A stretch of 64,000 nt of DNA from Octopus vulgaris (lineage: Eukaryota): positions 48,980,001-49,044,000 of the forward strand of contig OX597827.1 of NCBI GenBank assembly GCA_951406725.2. Direction: 5' to 3'. The position numbers and the translations under genes were made by a program. The notes below the pieces were generated by a model. The model was not told the origin of the DNA. It saw nothing but the letters and a program-made list of their open reading frames with translations, and ran no database searches. This document shows, in pieces, positions 24,167 through 38,418 of this stretch (positions are counted from its first letter, which is position 1; each line of letters opens with the position of its first letter).

Positions 24167-25214
24167 TTCCTCGATTTTATATCGTGTCTCGTTGTGTATT
24201 GTCTGTACGTGCTGTATTTGTCTTAAAGATTTTGATGTACGCCTGTTAATCGGTAATAAGAAAACCGAAAATATTTTGATAAATTAAATTTTAATGTTGA
24301 AGTGAATCCAACAGTTTTTTGTGCGTTTTTAAATGGCTTATAAACACCTTCTATGCTGCAATTGTTCATAATTTAGGTAACATTAATTTCAAATTTTGAC
24401 ACAAGGCCAACAGTTTCGAGGGAGTGGGCAAAGTTGACCTCAACGGATTTTGAACTCAGAATTTACAGACCTACGAAATGCCACTAAGCATTATTGCCCA
24501 ATAGGATAATGATTCTACCAACTCACCGTCTATTTTTTTATTATTTTAGATAATATTCAAATAAAATGCAAAGCAAATGTATAGAGACAGACATGGCTGA
24601 ATAGTTAAAGAATTTGCTTCACAACTACGAGATCCTTAATTTGATAAATGCATTCTCCGAATCTTCGAAATAACTTATGAATTGTGAATGAATATGGGTA
24701 GTCGGACGTTGAATAGTATCACGTCCGACGTACCGTAATGAACGCATGTGTAGTCCAAACGTGCAGCTTTGATAGCAAGACAATAATTTTATCACACTAA
24801 CGTTCCATGACAGTTACGTTAAGGGTTCACGTGTTTATGGAATAATCAGCCAGTTCAGGCTTTGCATTTACTCAAAAAACCGGACTCTCGTATACCCAAA
24901 TAAATGCGAGCGTCTTTCAAAGTAATCTGTCCATATGAATAAAAATATAAATTTTGTGTGAACGTGAATAAGCAACAAAGTGGTGACACAGCAGATTGTA
25001 ACTTATTTTTGAGTAACAGAAGTGAGAAGTTTAACTGCGTCCCACTGAATGTCCACCAATCGCCAAGAGCAACTGTGGACAGACGATAATCTTCCTTCAA
25101 ATGATGAGACCCTATGATGAACTGATATTAGACAAATCCTGAACATAAAAGGCATCGTGCAATTTTTATCTTTTTTATTTTTCACTGAGGCATAGTTTCT
25201 TCATTGCATATCAT

Positions 25215-25260
<46 letters not shown>

Positions 25261-25399
25261 AACTAAAAGACAGTTGCAATAAGTGTGTGCATATGAGAGG
25301 GGAATATGGGGAATAAAATCACTAGTAACTGATCCTCCTGTAATTTCTTTTAACAAAAGACAGGAACTTTTTCGACACCCCGGCGTTTATATACCTGGC

Positions 25400-25722
25400 T
25401 GAAGAGTGTTGCCCCTTGAATGCTATATCTCTGGCAGCAGGATTCGTATCTATGTTATACTTTCGGAAAGAGTCTGACGTGGTTGTCGGAGAATTCCTAC
25501 GACTTCACCAACTCCAACTTCTGGCTTCCTAATTCCTCCAATTACGATGTGCGAAGCATTTTGAAAAATATACCAACTGCTCTGCCTGCAACACCAAGAC
25601 CGTCCTCGTAGCCACGATCAAGGAGGCGTTCGACTATATTCTCCGGGACATAAGGAGGAAGTTGTGCACCAGGTTCCGGGGTTGTGCGGTCAATGTGGAA
25701 GCCGACGGCGATTACTTTGTGT
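25400..25722 (+). pseudogene. Tc1/mariner transposase C-terminal relic
   Basis: WQQDS..KSLTWLSEN.YDFT..NFWLPNS, followed by ATIKEAF and VEADGDYF motifs; frameshifted. Confidence 0.65.
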
Positions 25723-25743
25723 AGACTGTTAACCACCAGTAGT

Positions 25744-26082
25744 GGAGGCGCAATAGCCCAGTGGTTATGACAGCGGACTCGCGGACATGGGATCGCAGTT
25801 TCGATTCCCAGATCGAGCGTTGTGACTGTATAGTAATCGAAAACATAAAGCTCCAAGAGACTCTTTCACCACAAATTTCTCTCATTCTTTCTTCCTGTTT
25901 CTGTGCCTCTGAAATTCAAAGGGCCAGCCTTGTCACACAGCATGTTATGCTGAATCTCTCGAGAATTACGTTAAGGGTACACGTGTCTGTGGAGTGCTCA
26001 GCCACTTACACGTTAATTTCACGAGCAGGCTACTCTGTTGTTCGCATAAAATGGAACCTTCGTCGTCGTAACCGACGGAGTA
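25744..26082 (+). mobile_element. SINE family C
   Basis: GGAGGCGCAATAGCCCAGTGGTTA..TTTCGATTCCCAGA..CGTCGTCGTAACCGACGGAGT. Confidence 0.85.
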
Positions 26083-26456
26083 CCTAGATCTACCAGCCAT
26101 AATTTAGTTTATATTCTTTGATTTCTTAAACATCTTTATGTTTGGATGCAATATTGTGTTTTCGTTTCCCTTTATACACGAAAAGACTGCAGTATATATA
26201 GGCTTTCCAGAAATATGTATGCGAAGTCAATGAATATTCGAAACAAAATGAACAATTTCATAGACACACATGGGCATGTCTCACAGTATGAACCAGTGTG
26301 TACGAGCGTGTGTGTGAGAGAGGGTGTATGTGAGAGAGTGTGCATGTGAGAGAGTGTGGTTCTGTGCACATAGAAAAATGGAGAGATAAATAAACAGCTA
26401 TTTAATGCTCAACACATTTACCTGTAGGTATATATATATATACATATATGAATATA

Positions 26457-26492
<36 letters not shown>

Positions 26493-26538
26493 TGTATGTA
26501 TATATGTATGTATGTATGTATATATATATATACATATA

Positions 26539-26590
<52 letters not shown>

Positions 26591-26953
26591 TGAATATATA
26601 TATGAATATATATATATATTTATTTATATGTACATACACATGCACACATAAACACAGATATATACGCACATTTACGTAGATATGTGAGTGCCTGTACATA
26701 CATAAACATTCCCAAAGCATTTATGTACAACATTAGCGCATACTGATGTATGATTATGAGCTCATATGCAGAATATTAATGGTAATAAACGACAAACATA
26801 ACCTGCCACCAAACGACAGTGATTACATAATCCAACACAGGAAGGAAAGCCTTAAGTTGATTCATCCGTTCATTTATGGATGGGAGTGGGCAACCGGAGC
26901 GTGTGTAGAAAGCCATTTCTATTTATTTCTCACTTCCTCTAGTCTGTCCCTCT

Positions 26954-27029
<76 letters not shown>

Positions 27030-27284
27030 TAATGCTTCTCGTAATGAAATAATGATTACATAATAGAAAATCGATTTAAACAGCTAATGGCATCAGGAAA
27101 TTTAAATCTGCTGATTCATCAATAAATTGATATGATTTGCCGAAATCTCAGATTTATTAGCTATCGCAATTTGCATAAGTCGTGTGTTTATGTTGATTTT
27201 GAAATGGCCAAATATGTTGGTAAAAATCCACTGAACTGTACATACTAACATAGTCTCATGGGAACCGATACAAACATAAGTATT

Positions 27285-27285
<1 letters not shown>

Positions 27286-27348
<63 letters not shown>

Positions 27349-27368
27349 ATATATATATATATATATAC

Positions 27369-27419
<51 letters not shown>

Positions 27420-27438
27420 TATATACATATATATATAC

Positions 27439-27527
<89 letters not shown>

Positions 27528-27693
27528 TATACATATATATATATATATTCATATATATATACATATATATATATATGTACAACTATCCATATATATATAT
27601 ATATATATATGTATGTACATATGTATATATAGGTATATGTACATATATATATGAATATGTACATATATACATATTTATATACATGTGTGTATC

Positions 27694-27724
<31 letters not shown>

Positions 27725-27821
27725 ACATATGTACATACGTACATACATACACACACACATACGTATATATATATATATATATTCACATACATATACATAC
27801 ACACACAAACACATCTATATG

Positions 27822-27899
<78 letters not shown>

Positions 27900-28060
27900 T
27901 ATGCATATATATACATATATATTTGCATATATATATTTACATATATAAGTTTACATATATGTTTATATATATATGTATTTACATAAATGTATGTACATAT
28001 ATATTTACATATATGTATATAAATATGTGTTGTGTGTGTGTGTGTCTGTCTGTGTGTGTG
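27286..28060. repeat. Long (TA)n-based compound microsatellite
   Basis: Directly visible. Confidence 0.95.
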
Positions 28061-28522
28061 CGTAAGTTTAAGCAGGCATATTTATATAGCCATGTAGGCA
28101 TATACATTAGAAAACAGAAAATGTAGGAGAAATATTAAAACAAGTGGATCAGCCTATCAATGTCTTCCGGTAGAATGACTTCAATCTCCCGAACGCTGGA
28201 GTGTATCATTCCAACTTGGAAACTGAATTCTGTTTTATTCATGCATTCATATTCATTAAATATCCAACCAAGTTATAATTTCAATATTGTTAACCTGATC
28301 TGTTACCGCTTCGGAGAATGACTCAAACCGATATCCGGTATAACACCAACGTATGGATCATAGGACAAACAGAAAATGTTTGCTAGTTTATTCATTTGCT
28401 CATCAACTTCAAGCTTTACACTGCAAAATAGTATGATTCTACTTTATTAAGCCTTCTTTCCTCATCTCGAGGCCCTGTTCTTTCCTCTTCCCTCTTCTCT
28501 TCTTTTATTTTATGTATTTATA

Positions 28523-28641
28523 TTCACTCTGATGAAGCTGCATGTACTAGATCGCATTTGCTATAATGATGACGAATATTATACTCATAATTTTCTTTGG
28601 AGACACCGACTGACATTGGTATCAGAAACGACTGTAAGTAA
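28523..28641 (+). ncRNA. Degenerate hammerhead motif with long stem II region
   Basis: UUCACU-CUGAUGA-(~90 nt)-GAAA-CGACUG-UA-AGUAA; the downstream TTTCTCCATTTTCT tail is shared with the 33119 cassette. Confidence 0.4.
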
Positions 28642-28949
28642 TGTTAAAGTTTTGTATTAAAAAATAATTAACCGATGGTGATCAATTTGTTTGTTGATCA
28701 AAATTTTCTCCATTTTCTGCATATTTCAAATTTGATTCCTGATAAACTCTTGTTTATTTTTATTGCCTGTATACTTTGAGCATAATATACTTGCATATGT
28801 ATGCTCAGAGGTAACATTGATAATTTATACCAGTAGTAAATCGGACATGCTTATACCTTAGATGGTTATTCCAACCGCGAAATCAACTTACCTATATATA
28901 TATCAATTCGTTTTGCAAGATTCCTGATGTGAAACCGTGTGTTGAAACA

Positions 28950-29236
28950 GGTATTTTAGTATTTAGGAATGGCAATTTTTTTGCCAAATAAATACGCGCA
29001 ATGTATATTTTTTCTTCGCTCGTTTATTAGTATTCTTATAGAGTAAGTGGAAGAAGAACACACGTGAAAGCAACAAGCGTCGTTGAAGAGGTCACAGATG
29101 TGTGACTAAAGATTTCCGGACAATGGACTTGGGTTGAAATAATAAAATAAAATCAGTAATAAAGGAATGAAGAAAAAATATATATAGTGCGTGTGTTTAT
29201 TTGGCAAATAAATGACCGTCCCGAAATACAACAATA
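28950..29236. repeat. Inverted cassette related to 16082-16850, with a degenerate HHR at 29080-29119
   Basis: Arms ~28950-29030 and 29155-29236; UCG-UUGAAGA-G GUCACA gaug UGUGAC-UAAA-GAUU-UC-CGG. Confidence 0.65.
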
Positions 29237-29242
29237 TATATA

Positions 29243-29294
<52 letters not shown>

Positions 29295-29339
29295 TGTGTA
29301 TACATATATGTGTATATATGTATATATATATATGTATAT

Positions 29340-29543
29340 ATTTCTTTACTACCCACAAGGGGCTAAACACAGAGATGACAAACAAGGACAGACACGCGGA
29401 TTAAGTCGATTACATCGACCCCAGTGCGTAACTGGCACTTAATTTATCGACCCTGAAAGATTGAAAGGCAAAGTCGACCTCGGTGGAATTTGAACCCAGA
29501 ACATAACGGCAGACGAAATACGGCTACGCATTTCGCCCGGCGG
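29340..29543 (-). mobile_element. SINE family A (head truncated)
   Basis: Reverse complement of the 184-bp unit. Confidence 0.9.
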
Positions 29544-29580
29544 TATTATTAAATTAATATCTAATTTTCACCCTCATTTA

Positions 29581-29621
<41 letters not shown>

Positions 29622-30120
29622 TTAGATATTGATATATGCGGCGAGCGTTTTCAGTTTCCATATACCAAATCTACACACAAGGTCCGAGCCTCTAGTAGAA
29701 GACACTTGCCCAGTGTGCCATGCAATACAGCTGTACCCGGAACCATGAGGTTGAGAAGCAAACTTCTTACTACACTCTTATACTAATATCAGGCTGCTGA
29801 AAAATATTCGCATAGATTAAAAACAAAATTCAGAATAAATTACAAAAAGAAATACTTTAAAAAGTGATAAAAATAATCAAAAGTATTCAAATTACGTATT
29901 GTTAAAATTTACATAATGCTGATGGAGCTCGAGTCATTCATGTTACTTTTATTTCTGTTACTAAATATTAATTGGTGCTTTTGTTAGTAGAGCCGCCATT
30001 ATTATGGTGTTCTTTATTACAATACAAATCATTGCCACAGTCATTATTTCTACTACTACCACTACTACCACTACCACCACCACCACCACCACCACCACTA
30101 CCACCACTACTGCTACTGAG

Positions 30121-30475
30121 AAGGAGCATAGCTCTATGGTCAAAGCGTCTGGCTCACAATCATGAGGTAGTGAGTTCGATTCCCGGACCGGGTTGTGTGT
30201 ATTGTTCTTCAGCAAGACACTTTAGTTCATGTTGCTCCAGTTCACTCAGCTGTAGAAAAGAGTGGCGACGTCACTGGTACCTAGCTGTATCGGCTTTTAC
30301 CTTTCTCTTGGATAACATCGGGGGCATGGAGAGGCGAGGTTGGTATGCATGGGTGACTGCTGGTCTTCCATAAACAACCTTGCCCGGACTTGTGCCTCAG
30401 AAGGTAAATTTCTTGGTAATATCCCGTGGTCATTCATGACCACGTACGAATTACATTTAGGATAATAACAATGTT

Positions 30476-30528
<53 letters not shown>

Positions 30529-30558
30529 ATCCCGTGGTCATTCATGACCAAAGAGGGT
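30121..30558 (+). mobile_element. SINE family B with rearranged 3' end
   Basis: GAGTTCGATTCCCGGACCGGG B-box; the tail ATCCCGTGGTCATTCATGACCA is duplicated at 30421 and 30529. Confidence 0.85.
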
Positions 30559-30568
30559 ATTTAGCCTT

Positions 30569-30603
<35 letters not shown>

Positions 30604-31175
30604 TCAACATTGTTATTATCCTAACTGTAATTCGTACGTTTCTTGATTGCTATTATAGTCTTTCTAACAGTAAATTGTAGTAGAATGTTTGGTTGTACTA
30701 CAATAATTTCGATCATGATCTGATAAATACAGTTTCTAAATAGGTCTTCTCGTAAACCTCCCTGTCCTGCATACTCGTCATATATTTTTAGCATTCCTAC
30801 TATATTTCTCCCTCAAAATATTCGCCCTTTCAGGCTGTGTGGTACGCCTCTGGTAAGGAACAGATAGAGTTCAGTTTTTCAATCTATTTTGAATCTTAGT
30901 GGATTAAATACGGTATCGACTAATACAGATTATGACAACATTGCCGAAATACGCAATTTACCCATCTATACGAAACGTGTGTAAGCTGATGAAAAGGGTT
31001 TCGGTTTATTTTTATTTATTTATTTATTTTTTGTCTACTACAGTCGGTGTCTCTATATTAAATCTTTTAGGTGTTTCGGGTTTGAATTTACGAATTGGAC
31101 AGACAGCAAAATATAAAGTTACGGACTAGGCGGATTATAATAGTTTTCACTGGACGTTTTAGTTAACCAACTTTG

Positions 31176-31203
31176 ATATACACACATACGCACACACACA
31201 CAC

Positions 31204-31252
<49 letters not shown>

Positions 31253-31356
31253 AATATAGATATGTGCATATATGTGTATATATATATATATGTGTGTATA
31301 TATGTATATATATATGTATATATGTATGTATGTATATATGTATGTATATATGTATG

Positions 31357-31423
<67 letters not shown>

Positions 31424-31641
31424 GTATATATATATATGTATATATGTATATATGTATGTATATATATATATATATATATGTATATGTGTAGATATATATA
31501 TATATGTATGTATATATATGTATATGCATATATATATATATGTATGTATCTATATATATATGTATATGCATATATATATGTATATATGTATATGCATATA
31601 TATATGTATATATGTATACATACATATATATATATATGCAT

Positions 31642-31673
<32 letters not shown>

Positions 31674-31684
31674 ATATATATATG

Positions 31685-31746
<62 letters not shown>
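31176..31746. repeat. (TA)n/(TATG)n microsatellite
   Basis: Directly visible. Confidence 0.95.
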
Positions 31747-31844
31747 ACGGGAAGCTTTATGAAAATAGACAAAAGACGAAGGCAGGTGGAAAACAAACAA
31801 ACAATTGTATTAGTATGGTGCTCAGAAAATATAAATAAAACAAG

Positions 31845-31882
31845 TCTTTAACGTTTCGAGCCTACGCTCTTCAACAGAAAGA
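31845..31882 (-). ncRNA. Minimal type I hammerhead motif, CUGUUGA core variant
   Basis: UCUUU-CUGUUGA-A GAGC guag GCUC-GAAA-CG-UU-AAAGA; palindromic AACGUU. Cassette 31747-31946 is homologous to 49817-50010. Confidence 0.7.
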
Positions 31883-32014
31883 TACACAGAGAAAAAAACA
31901 CAGAAAGAAGGAGAGAAAAAAATGCGTGCAGTAACTAACGAATCAACATATATATATATATATATATATATGTATATGTATATATATATGTATGTATGTA
32001 TATATATATGTATA

Positions 32015-32190
32015 TGTAGGTCCCGGGTTGAGTCGGGGTTAACCACAGTAAATAAGGTACTCAATACATAGCAGAGTAAATTAATTTATTTTATAGAAGG
32101 AGCTTCTACAGGACTAGAACTGCTTCATTCCTGATGATTTCATTTGAATGAAACAGTTCTAGTCCTGTAGAAGCTCCTTCTATAAAATAA
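32015..32190. repeat. Fold-back copy of the 9049 family with a canonical HHR core at 32128-32175 (+)
   Basis: UUC-CUGAUGA-UUUCAUUUGAAU-GAAA-CAG uucuaguc CUG-UA-GAAGCU; inverted arms about 32085-32130 and 32146-32191. Confidence 0.85.
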
Positions 32191-32459
32191 AATATATATA
32201 TATATGTATATATTTATGTATATATATATGTATGTATATATGTATGTATATATATATGTATATATATGTATGGGGGTATATATGTATGTATATATATATG
32301 TATGTATATATAATTTATGTATATATATATGTATGTATATATATATATGTATATATATATATGTATGTATATATATGTATATATATATATGTATGTATAT
32401 ATATATATGTATGTATGTATATATATATATATGTATATATATATATGTATATATATATG

Positions 32460-32491
<32 letters not shown>

Positions 32492-32497
32492 CGTATG

Positions 32498-32566
<69 letters not shown>

Positions 32567-32819
32567 GTATGTGTATATATATATATGTATATGCATATGT
32601 ATGTATATATATATGTATATGCATATGTATGTATATATATATATATGTATATGTATGTATATATATGTATATGCATGTGTATATATACATGTGTGTGTAT
32701 ATATATGTATATGCATATATATATATATATATATATATATGTGTATGCATATATATATATGTATGCATATATATATAAATGTATGTATATATATATATAT
32801 ATATATGTGTATGCATATA

Positions 32820-32852
<33 letters not shown>

Positions 32853-32893
32853 GTATATGCATATATATATGTATGTATATATATGTGTATATG

Positions 32894-32928
<35 letters not shown>

Positions 32929-32933
32929 TATAT
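32191..32933. repeat. (TA)n/(TATG)n microsatellite
   Basis: Directly visible. Confidence 0.95.
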
Positions 32934-33118
32934 GACAAAATTAGAAAATGGAGAAACATACTTAAATTAATCAAACATCAACCAACAGATGATACCCAAT
33001 CAATACTTTATTACACCATTACATAACAGTAAAGGCATTATACAAAATATATTATAAATATAATTAGACAAGGAAATAGAAATATAAAATATAAAATATA
33101 ATATGTAATTATATCATA

Positions 33119-33229
33119 TCTGACAGCTGTTTCGGCAGTAAGGGCAATCATGCCTCATTTAACCTATAAGCCATATAAGGCAGGTATAAATGAGACATTA
33201 ACAAGGATGCCCCACGGCCTCTTCAGAGA
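33119..33229 (-). ncRNA. Type I hammerhead ribozyme with ~85-nt stem II
   Basis: UCU-CUGAAGA-[GGC.GUGGGGCA..AUGUCUCAUUUA..UAAAUGAGGCAU..UGCCCUUAC.GCC]-GAAA-CAGCUG-UC-AGA; GUC site, palindromic stem III. Confidence 0.8.
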
Positions 33230-33621
33230 ATTTAATAAATTATAATTGTGAAAAAAGTTTTTTCATATACATATAAATATAAAAATGTAAAATATAAAAA
33301 CGTGTGCATAGACACCATAATACTACACATACATATATATATATATTCATTAATACAATAATACAAGATAAACAAAACAAAATAAAACAATATATATATC
33401 AATATATATTAGTAAGCACAATTATTCTACATATTGAGCTAATAGTTCTAAAAGTTAACACACAGGAAAATATATGCACACTCACATTTAAATTAAAATC
33501 AGACTTATACATGAAAAATAATAATAAAAAACCACATTTCAGTTCATAATATATATATGTATATGCATATGTATATGCATATATATACGTATATATATAT
33601 ATGTATATGCATATATATATA

Positions 33622-33664
<43 letters not shown>

Positions 33665-34050
33665 GCTTATCTGTATATATACGCGCTCGCGTGTGTGTAT
33701 GTGAGTATTTTTATGAATACAATGGTTACATGAACTACTTCAAGTTCATGCTGGGGAACTGTTGTAATCGGACCTCTTTGTATAGCTTACCGAGAATGAT
33801 CAGGAATGATTACTTGATTGTGCACGGTACATTACACAAGCCTATCAGATTACTACACTTTCAGTGTATGGAACTTGCGGTACTTCACCTATAACTCTTG
33901 CCTTCATTAAATATATCTTTCTCGCTGAAATGAGAGCTATTTTGCTGATCGTACTAGCAACTGAACTGCACACTATAAACACACACACACGCATATATAT
34001 GATATATGTATTAAACATATGCATATAGATTTATATATATATGTGTGTGA

Positions 34051-34084
<34 letters not shown>

Positions 34085-34133
34085 CATACATATATTTAAT
34101 ATATATATATATATATAAATATACATACATTTA

Positions 34134-34184
<51 letters not shown>

Positions 34185-35506
34185 ACATATATTAAATATA
34201 TATATATAAATATACATACATTTAAATATATATATTATATATGTATATAAAACATACATATATTTAAATATATATATATTTATATATAAATATACATCTA
34301 TTTGAATATATATTATATATATATATATACACACATGTACATATATGCTTATGCACATGTGTGTGGTGTGGGGGCCATGTTTTCAGTACATTGCCTACTT
34401 TTAAAAAGCCACATCAGACGCCATGATGGATCTAACTTGTAGGTACAAAAGGTGGTCAGGCTCTTCATAAGAATTAGACAACCACCGTATATATATATAC
34501 ATATATATACATGTATATATACATACAATTAAACTCATATATATATATATATATGTGTGCGTGTGCGCGGCGATGTGAATAATACTGAGTTAATGTGGAA
34601 AATTAAAATGCGTCATCAAACCTATATAAGCATATTTTCTGTGTAATTAATTTGTTTCACTTCTTAACGTAAAGGAACAATAGCTTTATTCTGTGTATTT
34701 ATAAGTATGAAAATAAAAGTATAAGCATAAAATCATGTTTACAAATGTAAAAATTCGGGTAATTTGTTTACATCTTATACTTTAACCGAAAATATTTTGG
34801 TGTTCATATTCATAAACTAAGTTTGACATGCATAACACAAAAGAAAAGGAAAGAAGGGGAAAACGGTATCACATGTGGCTTCCAAGTCTTTTGGTTGAAA
34901 AGTTTTGTTATATACGTTTCGCTGTTCGTTTTGGCTAAAGGAGGCTTCCGTAGTAGAAGCAAAATGTCATGTGTTACTGAGTAAGAAATTGTTAAGGTTG
35001 ATATTGATCTTTTTCGAAATTTGTGGTAATTTTCCCATCTGTGAAAGGCATATGTAGATTATGTGGATTAAGGATACAAAAATCAAAACAAAACAGGCAA
35101 GATTATTCATGAAGTATTTGGCTACTAAATATATTATGAATTATTTTACATATTTTGTTTTTGCACTCAAAACGTAATTGATAGCCTATCCAGCTACGGA
35201 TTCCAGTTGAAAAAGAAACCCGGACTATGGTACGAATACAAAAGACAGCTTCATTTTGAAGTTCAAACTACTAGTTACTTGTCATACAATTAACGTGTAG
35301 TGTATATCTTTTACTTATTTCAGTCATTAGACTGCGGTAATGGTGGAGTACTTTAGTCAAATCATTTGATCCAATACACTTTTTAAAGCGTGGTAATAAT
35401 TCTATCGTATTATTTGGCCAGAAAGCAAGTTACGTGGACATCAACACACCAACACCGGTTCTCAAGCGGTAGTAAAGGAGAAACAAACACGCAATGACAC
35501 ACATAA

Positions 35507-35558
<52 letters not shown>

Positions 35559-36227
35559 GCATACCTATATATGCAGATATATATATGTATATATAAAAAC
35601 ATTGATTAGAGAACAAACATCAAATCCAGGCCAACGATTTTATATATATATGTGTGTGTGTGTGTGTGTATGTGTGTGTATGTGTGTGTGCATGTATATA
35701 TATATATATGTGTAAATGTATATATATGTGTGTGTATGTGTGTCTGTGTGCACATATGTATGTGTGTGTATGCGTATATATATATACGCATACACACACA
35801 TATTTATATATATGAATGGATGGATGGATGGATGGATGGATGGATGGATGTATACACATACATTTACACAAACACACGAACCTGCATATTAAAAAAATTG
35901 TCAAGAGGGAAGAGGTGAGAGTGAAATCGATAGGAAGAAAGTGAGGCCTACATGGTATAGCCGCTAAGCATTATGCCGCTACGTAAATTATTCCCTGTTG
36001 CTATGTAGGTTGGCAGGCTATAGTGTTAACAGTTTTCATAAAACACTGTTACGAAACCATTAGTGAGAAATTAAATTGATTTTCAGTATGGATTTCAATG
36101 CAAGTATCTAATGTTCACATGCAAATTAAAGTTTTCTTACAATGCAACATGTATGTAATCGGCAGTTCAGTGTGCGAGCATTTGAATACTCCGAGGCTAT
36201 GAATGATGTTTACATGCAGATGAATGC

Positions 36228-36284
<57 letters not shown>

Positions 36285-36378
36285 GAGAGAGAGAGAGAGA
36301 GAGAGATGGATGTATATATATCCATATACATAAAACAATGTGAATACACACAACTTCAGATATATATTTACATAGAGC

Positions 36379-36474
<96 letters not shown>

Positions 36475-36618
36475 TATATATATATAAATATATATGTATG
36501 TATACAACCGTAGACAAACCTATATGAAATATATAAATTCATCCTTTGCACATGAAATTATATAGTAATATGCAAAATAGTTCCCATATACATATACACA
36601 TGTACACACGCACGCACG

Positions 36619-36657
<39 letters not shown>

Positions 36658-36743
36658 ACACACAAACGTACATTCCTAATTTCTTCCGTAGTTTCGTACA
36701 TATGTTGTTCAAATATATCAAGCTATCCAAAAGTGAAATACCA

Positions 36744-36755
36744 CAACTACTACTG

Positions 36756-36813
<58 letters not shown>

Positions 36814-36970
36814 CGCTACTACTACTTCTACTACTATTATTATTGCTATTAGAACTACTACTAAAATAATAATAATGATAATAATAATAATAGTAATAGT
36901 AATAATAATAATAATAATAATAGTAATAATAAAAATAATAATAATAATAATAGTAATAATAATAATGATA
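36744..36970. repeat. (CTA)n followed by (AAT)n trinucleotide tracts
   Basis: Directly visible. Confidence 0.95.
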
Positions 36971-37253
36971 AGCAGGTTAAGTGAATAAGTAAATGCAGTC
37001 TCAGTTGTTCACTTGCTTCTGTATGACCAAACAAGCGTGTGTCGGCTTTCGATTCCATTCAGTCATTATCAACTCAAATTACTCCGTTCTGTTTCGCCTA
37101 AAGGTGGAGCAAAACATACAATGAAAGAAAGTAAAAAAGACAAAGGTAATCTTTGAACTACTTTTCAGCTTTCTGTGTCTCCCGTTGCATATTATTGACT
37201 CGGCAATATTGACTCTTTGCTATTCACCACAACGAGGCACGTAAGCTTAGAGA

Positions 37254-37291
<38 letters not shown>

Positions 37292-37531
37292 TCCTAGTTG
37301 CTTTGTCTACTTCCTTATATATGTTGTGTGCAGGAGTGTGAGCATGTTCGTTCGTTCGTTCGTTCGATCGTTAGTGTATATGAGTGTGCGGTTGATGAGG
37401 CAAGTGTGAAGTTGGTGGGTGGAATGTGTAGGTGGAGTGAGCGGGAGTGTGGGTAGTGTGTGCTAGGAGTATGTGTGTGGCATGCGCGGGCGTAAGTGTT
37501 TGTGTAATATACAGAGGCATATGTGTGTGTA

Positions 37532-37573
<42 letters not shown>

Positions 37574-37657
37574 TGAGAAAGTTGGTGTGTGAAAGAACGT
37601 GGTTTTTTCACTTTTTACTATTTTCTATATATATATATATATACATATTAAAAGTAA

Positions 37658-38242
37658 AGGTGGAATATGCACCTCTTTGCTAGAAAGAAGAGTTCAAGCT
37701 CTCCAAAGCCACGCATCTCTCACTATATGTAAACATGCTCGAAGAATTTAGCAAATATACTGGAAAAAAATATTCGTGCCCGTTTGTAAAACTAGAAAGT
37801 GGAGGGTAGATATTCCAGTATCAATTGATTTCGCTCTCTCCACTGAATTGACACTTTAAGCTCATCAGCTTGCGTATTACATAAGCTATTGTTTAAAATA
37901 TATTTATCACTCCGTACGCGTCGGATAACTTATTTGAACTTTGAATTTATACTTACTCGCCTATGTTCGTTTGGAAGTCGCGGGGCCTTTAATTGCAGAC
38001 GGCATGGTAAATATATTAAAATTTTTTTTTTTATGTAGCTTTTTTTTTCACCTAGCTGGTGAAATTTAAGTGTCAATTCAGCAGAGAAAGTGAAATCAAT
38101 TGATACTGGGATATTACAAATGGGGACGATTATGTTTTTTAATGTATTTGTTACATTCTCTGTGCGTGTTCACATACAATGATCGATGCGTGGCTTTGGA
38201 TAGTTTCAACTCTTCCTTCTAGCAAACGGGTGCATATTATAC
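37658..38242. mobile_element. MITE / fold-back element with ~200-bp imperfect TIRs
   Basis: AATATGCACC..TTTGCTAGAA..CCAAAGCCACGCATC..CCAGTATCAATTGATTTC..CTGAATTGACACTT is mirrored in 38050-38242. Confidence 0.8.
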
Positions 38243-38372
38243 CCTGATTTAAATATATACTTTGCCTATTTGGATTATACTCACTGGCCAATTTTCTTTA
38301 TTTTTAAAGATATATGTATGTATGTATTCAAATGCATATATATTTCTGTATATATCTATAAACACCTATATA

Positions 38373-38418
<46 letters not shown>

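Noticed and set aside
30975-31005. GAAA...CTGATGA (type II-like order)
   Set aside because: No room for stem I and no closing stem II.
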